From: Camelus dromedarius
Taxonomy: Eukaryota
Reading direction: 5' to 3'
DNA: 64,000 nt
Assembly: GCF_036321535.1 (NCBI RefSeq)
Contig: NC_087445.1
Coordinates: forward strand, 46,748,001-46,812,000
Shown here piece after piece: positions 59,882 to 64,000 of this stretch. Each line of letters begins with the position of its first letter. Position 1 is the first letter of the stretch. The notes under the pieces are model-generated. The model had not been told where the DNA came from. It searched no databases and saw only the letters and a program-made list of their open reading frames with translations. The translations under genes and the position numbers were made by a program.

Positions 59882-60060
59882 TACAGTCGACCCTTGAACA
59901 ATGTGGGGGTTAGGGGCGCCGAACCTCCAGACAGTTCAAAATTTGTGTATAACTTTACAATTGACCCTCCATATGTGGTTCTCTTCTGGAGATTCAACCA
60001 ACTGTGTAGTACTACAGTACCTATTTAAGTGAAAAAAAAAAATCCACATATAAGTGGATA
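59882..60060. mobile_element. TcMar-Tigger-derived MITE
   Basis: TA target then CAGTCGACCCTTGAACAA.GTGGGGGTTAGGGGCGCCGA; ends AAAAATCCACATATAAGTGGA. Confidence 0.8.
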
Positions 60061-62959
60061 TCATGGCAAGATACTGAAAAATGGGTTAAATAGTGTTAAA
60101 CAATTAGAATAGTTTGGATTAAACATTTCATCTGGCATGAAATGTTTCTGGGTATATGCATGTCTGATCTTCCAGAATTTGCTTTATCTGCATGAATACT
60201 CCTCCTTCCTCCTACATATACAACAATGAACTCTTACCTTCCTGCTTGCTTTCTATTAGCCTATGACTTGTTAATCTCGGGTCCTGCCCCCTTCGAGGGT
60301 CTCAGGAGATCCTGGGTCCATGTGTCTCTGATTTATATGCAAAATTTTGTATGTAGTATATGTGTGGTGTGCCTTTTGTGGGGGCAGGGGTGGGGAGAGA
60401 AAGTGTTTCATCCTGTGTTCTATCCCCAGTCTGTTTCTGTCTTCTTTCTTTATTCTGCCTGAACCTTCAGCTCCTGATTCTTTCCCTCATTCAGAAGATG
60501 ACTTAGCCTCTTCATTTAGGAATGCAGTTGAGCCCCTTGTTTCATACAACCTTTCCTTCACTTCAGCATGTTGTAGAAGATACAGAGTTGAAGTTTTCCT
60601 ATTGTCCTGGATTTGGTGACTTGGGTCCAAAAATGAGGACAGAGAAAGTAAGTACCACACATTCTGGAGAGAGTTGCTAATGATTGGGGACATTCACCCT
60701 TTCGGAGGCTTACAAGGAAGTAGTAGATGGCCCTGGTACCTCACACCACTAACCACCCGTCCCTCATCACCCTACCTCATTCCCAGTCAATGTAAGGTAT
60801 AAAATGACTCAAGGAGGGAGTCATGAGCTTAGTAGGGAGTATTTTCCCCTCCTTTTGCCTCCCAAACCAAGCAAGAAGATATCAAAGAGAGTCTACATGA
60901 AAGAGAGACCACTTTCTCCTTCCCTACTTAGACTGTCTATTTGGACAGTGGACTTGTTTAGCTCTGCATTTATCTGAGAAGAGGAAAGGCAACTGGAAGT
61001 GGAAGGACAGAGAGTGGGTTAGTGGTGGAATAGCCTGTATTCTTTCTGTTTGGCTGAGTAAGGATATACGAGTTTCTTGTGGTCACAGGGACACTGAGGA
61101 AGACAGCTGAGCTTGAGCCATCTTGCTGGTAGCCTATGCCAGAGGCTGCCTGCTGGAGTTAGGAGGGTTAAAGGAAATGACCTGGAGTAAGATTGTCTAC
61201 ATTAAGTCACAAATCAGCTGGGAGGACCCATGGGACTTTCTACAGAACACGCACAAGTGCCCCATAAGAGATCCAGCATTTTCACATCTGCCAAACATCC
61301 ACAGCCAACAGTGGTTTGTGATAACAACTACCTTGTTTTAAAGTAAGTATTTACTTTTCTGTCTATTCCACTAGGTCATGTATTTTATGAAAGAAGGAAT
61401 GTTATCTTGTTAATCAAGGTACTTCAACACTGGCAATACATTTTAGATGTCAAATACCCTGAGTTCTGCATGATTTTCAAATGTTCCACCAAACATTAGT
61501 ATAGAGTGTCCATACATAAGGAAATCTCATCTGTTATTACCTATCCTAACACGGTATTTAATTTAGTATTTTTTTAATGGAATGGCTTCTCTTAAATCCT
61601 AATTTACTCATTCCTTATAATTTGGTGCAAACATCTGAGCACTTCCATAAGTCTTCTGTCATAGTCTTGTACAATCATTTATGTATTGAAATACCTATTA
61701 ATTTATTGTAAGTTATTGTTCTTTATTTCTCTTTTCTATTAGAGTTAGGACATTTTATTGATGTTTTGAAATTACGTGTATAGATATCTTGTATTATCTA
61801 TGAGTTTCATTTTAGGTTAGTAAAGGTGCTGTTATTTAAAATATTTATTGGAAGAAAGGAGGCTTAGGTCTGATAGCATCGAGAGTCACTGTGTAGCCAT
61901 TGGTTTTCAAAGTGCTGTTTCGAGCCACAGAGCTCAAACGTTTTACTCATGGGTGCCCTGAAATAATAATACCTACCGCACCACAGTTTTACGTTGAAAT
62001 CTAACATTTATTATCCACACTTATATTTATATATTGTTAATAAGAGATAGAAAATATTAATCATTTTATAAATTGAAATAAGCTAAGGATTGACTATAAT
62101 GTTAAAAAAAATTCATGATGACTTGATAAAGTAGACTTTTAACTGTCTTATTGAATAAAAGCACACCAAAACCAAAATCAGTTACTTAATTTTTTATCCA
62201 TGGGTTTTATTCAGTGTATCTCCATATTTTGGTGGCCTATAAAACTTTCCAGTTAGATTTTGTTTGTTTGTTTGAAGTCATGTTATTGAGGTATAATTTA
62301 TATACAGTGAAATTCAACTTAAATGTGTACCCCAGTTACTTTTAAAAGGAAATATATCACAAACGTATTTTCCTTTGGCTATACCAATGTAGAGAATCCC
62401 AGCATAGCTACTAACCACTCCATTTCCAATGCCAGGTTTACCCTTAACAGAAGTATGTATACGGTGAGAAAGGCAGGAAGTCCCATTAGTTTAAGGCACC
62501 TTGATTAATCTTTCAATGTTTCCCTAGACCAATATCTTCATTTATAGATCCCTTTGTTACGGGCCCCAGTTTTACACTCTAGAACAATTCATCATAGTAA
62601 GGTTTGGCAGGGGCAAGGGACATGACTTTCTTTTTTAAAGTAGGGGAAGGACTGTGTGAGCACAAGCGCATTCTTGGGCAGATCAGTTTTAGGAAAGAGT
62701 ACATGTGGAAGACGAGGGTCTAGAAAGGGATTCCCCTGAAACCATCTGTACATACATGGCTCTTGGAAAATCCCCCTGTCCGAGGGCTGCTGCCCAGAGG
62801 TTCAAGGCTCAGGAGCTCTGTCTGAGAGGTACGAAGGGCAGGGGACGTGGGTTTGTGGGCTCACCTCCGCTACTTCATCTGAAACAGCTGGGCTTCTTTT
62901 CTGTTCCACTTTAAACTTTTGTTTGAAGGGAGCGTTTTGCTGCTAAAAATAACAATTTG

Positions 62960-63640
62960 AAAAACACAGCATCCATGGGGAACCATTTAAGAGGTTCAAG
63001 CAGGGAAGTGACACAATTAAGTTTTTGTTTCAAAAGATCACTCTGGCACCTAAACATATCATCGTGGAGGATGGATTTGAGGCAGGTGAGATTCGAGGCC
63101 CAGAGACTTGTCACAGAGGCTGTTGAAACAATCCGAAGGAAAATTTGTAAGAACTAGCAATTCTCGGCTCCATCCCAGAGCATCAGTATCCCCTTTAGAT
63201 GGAGCAGGGGCTTCATGGATTGCAAATCCCCATCCAGCTGCCTCTCAGTTTGCATTTCCTGGATGGCCCTGGAGGGCCTTTGCCTCTGTGACCCCTGCCT
63301 TAGGGAATTTTTGACTCTTTCCTCCTCACCTGTAGATCCTGTCTACCACCAAATCCTGTTGTTTCTTCCTTCAAATTATCTCATATTTGTTTCTCTCTCT
63401 CAGTTACTGTGCCACTGTCTTAGACCAGCCACTTAACATTTCATACTTAGATTTTTTCCAGGAGCCTCTTAACCTATCTCCTGCTTTCAATCTGTCTGCC
63501 AACCAATCCTACATTGCCACTGTAGCTACTCGTATTGTTTTCCATGACATATTGCAGCCATGCAAAGAGAGTACAGTTCTGTCAAATTTTGCTTCAGATT
63601 TCTCCTCCTCTTCCAGTCTTTGGCTTCTCTAGAAAATTCT
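62960..63640. mobile_element. Two degenerate L2 fragments in opposite orientations
   Basis: GGGAACCATTTAAGAGGTT.AAGCAGGGAAGTGAC...AAAAGATCACTCTGGC (antisense) and CACCAAATCCTGTTG.TT...CTCCTGCTTTCAATCT (sense). Confidence 0.6.
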
Positions 63641-64000
63641 AAGTAAAACAGAAGATTAAAATGGGGATTAATACATTTCCATTCTCTAGAAACTTGTTTA
63701 GATCTAGATCATTTTCCTTTGCTTCTTTTTATCTGAGATATTTGTAAATTGAGCAGGACCTAAAAAGTGAGGGAACACATGCCACTTTTTTTTCAGTGAG
63801 ATTTTGTGAAGTGAGTAGAATTTTAAATAGAGTGGAGAAGGAAATATAACCAAGGATATTATATCTGGGACTTCATGGTATCAGATGCTCCCAAAGGGTG
63901 GTAAGTTATTACTGGGAATGGTAGTAATGGTGAAGGGTGGGACTAGGAACATAGGGAAGCAGTATACCAACCTGAGAAAAGAGGCCAAGCGTAGACAAGC

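Overview
Mammalian genomic DNA (probably laurasiatherian; only ancient repeats are recognisable) syntenic to human 9p13.3. Five genes alternate in orientation: TLN1 (-, coding exons 2-33, truncated at the left edge), CREB3 (+, 368 aa), GBA2 (-, 927 aa), RGP1 (+, 391 aa) and MSMP (-, 135 aa). They are joined by two bidirectional CpG-island promoters and two overlapping 3' ends. Exon boundaries were traced by hand from splice sites and reading frame. The ~21 kb after MSMP (towards NPR2 by synteny) has no intact gene. Best second-look items: (1) an intact 51-nt TLN1 cassette exon 17b after Gln665, with a GU-rich repeat downstream; (2) a chain of phase-compatible, stop-interrupted exon-like segments on the + strand from an orphan CpG island (~43 kb) to ~57.4 kb, suggesting an unannotated decayed gene or spliced lncRNA (inference, unidentified); (3) four N runs, three lying in coding exons and consistent with preserving length, the fourth inside a candidate upstream exon in phase with MSMP exon 2; (4) an ATF4-like uORF layout in the CREB3 leader; (5) a palindromic two-way poly(A) signal shared by RGP1 and MSMP. 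No tRNA, rRNA, CRISPR or prokaryotic system seen. Gene and repeat-family names rest on recognition from memory, not database searches.
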